From: Pseudomonas phage TIETA
Length of the DNA: 64,000 nt
Direction: 5' to 3' (one strand)
Sequence record: PV800129.1
In this document: positions 63,068 through 64,000 of the stretch, in pieces
How positions within the stretch are numbered: position 1 is the first letter of the stretch
Layout of the letters: each line of letters starts with the position of its first letter
Made by a program: the position numbers and the translations under genes
The notes under the pieces: generated by a model
Database searches by the model: none
Told to the model about the DNA's origin: nothing
What the model saw: the letters and a program-made list of their open reading frames with translations, nothing else

Positions 63068-63466
63068 ATGACTCTGGCTTTCATTATCTATCTGGTAATG
63101 ACCGTATTCCCAGCCTTGTCGTCGGCTGGTAGCTTTGCCCTGATCGTCACCATCATCGCATGGGTTGCAGGAGGGTTCGTTTACTTGGCATCCATTGGTG
63201 GCCGAGAGAATTCGGCAGTTAAAGCCACACTCAAAAATCACCTACGACCCTTGACATTCAAGCTGTTTCTACCGATCATTGTAATCGGTCATCTGGTCCC
63301 TTCGTCTGAGACGGCATGGTGGATGGTTGGCGGGTACGCTGCACAGAGCCTCTATCAAGCGGACGCTACTCAGCAGGTTCTCAGCGAATCTACTGAACTG
63401 CTCGAAGCTCTGGTTAAGCGGGCTAAGAAAGAAACTCTGAAAGCTGTCGAAGGCAGCAGCGAGTGA
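63068..63466 (+). CDS. membrane protein (132 aa)
   Basis: AAGGAGA RBS; three hydrophobic helices. Confidence 0.5.
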   Translation: MTLAFIIYLVMTVFPALSSAGSFALIVTIIAWVAGGFVYLASIGGRENSAVKATLKNHLRPLTFKLFLPIIVIGHLVPSSETAWWMVGGYAAQSLYQADATQQVLSESTELLEALVKRAKKETLKAVEGSSE

Positions 63467-63495
63467 TACGGTAATCACAGAATAGGAGGTATGTA

Positions 63496-63663
63496 TGAAC
63501 ACGGCTCGACTCTACGTCTACGGCAAATCGTCTATGGTAGGAATCACTGTTGACAACAAGGCCAACCGAGAGTACTATACCTCTAAAGGCTTCGAGGTAT
63601 CGGAGACACCGTTAGCCCATAAAAGCGTGGCTAACAAATACAAACAGAAAGGAGGTAAATAAT
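63496..63663 (+). CDS. small hypothetical protein (55 aa)
   Basis: AGGAGGT RBS; below track cutoff. Confidence 0.35.
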
Positions 63664-64000
63664 ATGTCTGGTGTTATTCCCGGGACTATCGTCAAACTCA
63701 CTCAAGTGGGATGTGACGTCACCGTTGGCTGGCCAAAGGAAGCCCGATATGTAGGCGCATACGCAGTCGCAGTAGATGGACGCGATATCGGTCTCCCGGA
63801 AGGGGAAATCCGGTTCTGCTCCCTCCATTGGTCCATTGACCGAGACGTCAATGATGGACTTGGAGACTACCAATCGATGCTCGCTGACAACGACCGCTTC
63901 GAAATTGTAGCGATCCCGGGTAAGAAGTACTATGTTAAGAGCGCTGCCGAGCGCCCGGACTTGATCTCCCACTACTTGGTTACTTCGGAACCAGCTTTGT
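63664..64000 (+). CDS. hypothetical protein, 3' end outside window
   Basis: GGAGGT RBS, ORF open to window end. Confidence 0.45.
   Translation, partial: MSGVIPGTIVKLTQVGCDVTVGWPKEARYVGAYAVAVDGRDIGLPEGEIRFCSLHWSIDRDVNDGLGDYQSMLADNDRFEIVAIPGKKYYVKSAAERPDLISHYLVTSEPAL

Noticed and set aside
1-64000. CRISPR arrays, integrase/att sites, transposases
   Set aside because: No direct-repeat/spacer arrays, no tyrosine/serine recombinase motifs, no IS-type inverted repeats seen. Content is that of a virulent phage.

Overview
The window looks like one contiguous stretch of a large virulent tailed phage genome. It is a myovirus with sheath, tube, Mu/P2-like baseplate, tape measure and two tail fibres, about 50% GC. 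Its gene content resembles Felix O1-related phages. That assignment is inference, as no database was searched.

Organisation, left to right:
1. 1-1650: an AP2-domain homing-endonuclease-like gene on the + strand, flanked by palindromes, a small ORF and a bidirectional terminator.
2. 1653-21141: a long leftward (-) early/auxiliary operon. It contains a NAD+ reconstitution pair (NAMPT-like plus PRS-like, called NARP1 in published work), a macro domain and a DprA/SLOG-like protein. It also has an RNA-repair set (Pnk-type kinase, Rnl1-like RNA ligase, metallophosphoesterase), a SpoT-type HD hydrolase, a SleB-type wall hydrolase, DNA ligase, dCMP deaminase and a ClpP-like protease.
3. 21198-21253: divergent consensus sigma70 promoters. 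The + promoter drives a ~280-nt structured non-coding RNA. A paralogous copy of that RNA sits at 54181-54460 behind the same promoter architecture.
4. 22276-25270: a cluster of ~18 tRNA genes with internal promoters, an embedded HNH-NUMOD homing endonuclease whose stop codon overlaps tRNA-Phe, and a 275-nt tRNA-free spacer.
5. 25589-50739 (+): the complete morphogenesis and lysis module. Order is large terminase, portal, scaffold, decoration-like protein, major capsid, connectors, sheath, three paralogous tube-like proteins, G/GT frameshift chaperone, tape measure, baseplate V/W/J/I-like proteins, fibre, Tfa, second fibre, muramidase, holin and an overlapped i-/o-spanin pair.
6. 50787-54088 (-): a leftward operon with a MazG-like protein, an RNA ligase carrying a tRNA-binding-like domain, and tandem small paralogues.
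7. 54529-64000 (+): replication genes (HAD nucleotidase, PD-(D/E)xK nuclease, T7-like primase-helicase, family A DNA polymerase).

Candidates for novelty:
- The paralogous structured ncRNA pair.
- A baseplate-J N-terminal peptide transplanted into an early small protein.
- The macro/SLOG/NARP1 cluster.
- A split Pnkp-like RNA repair kit.
- Two homologous bidirectional terminators.
- Atypical tRNAs.
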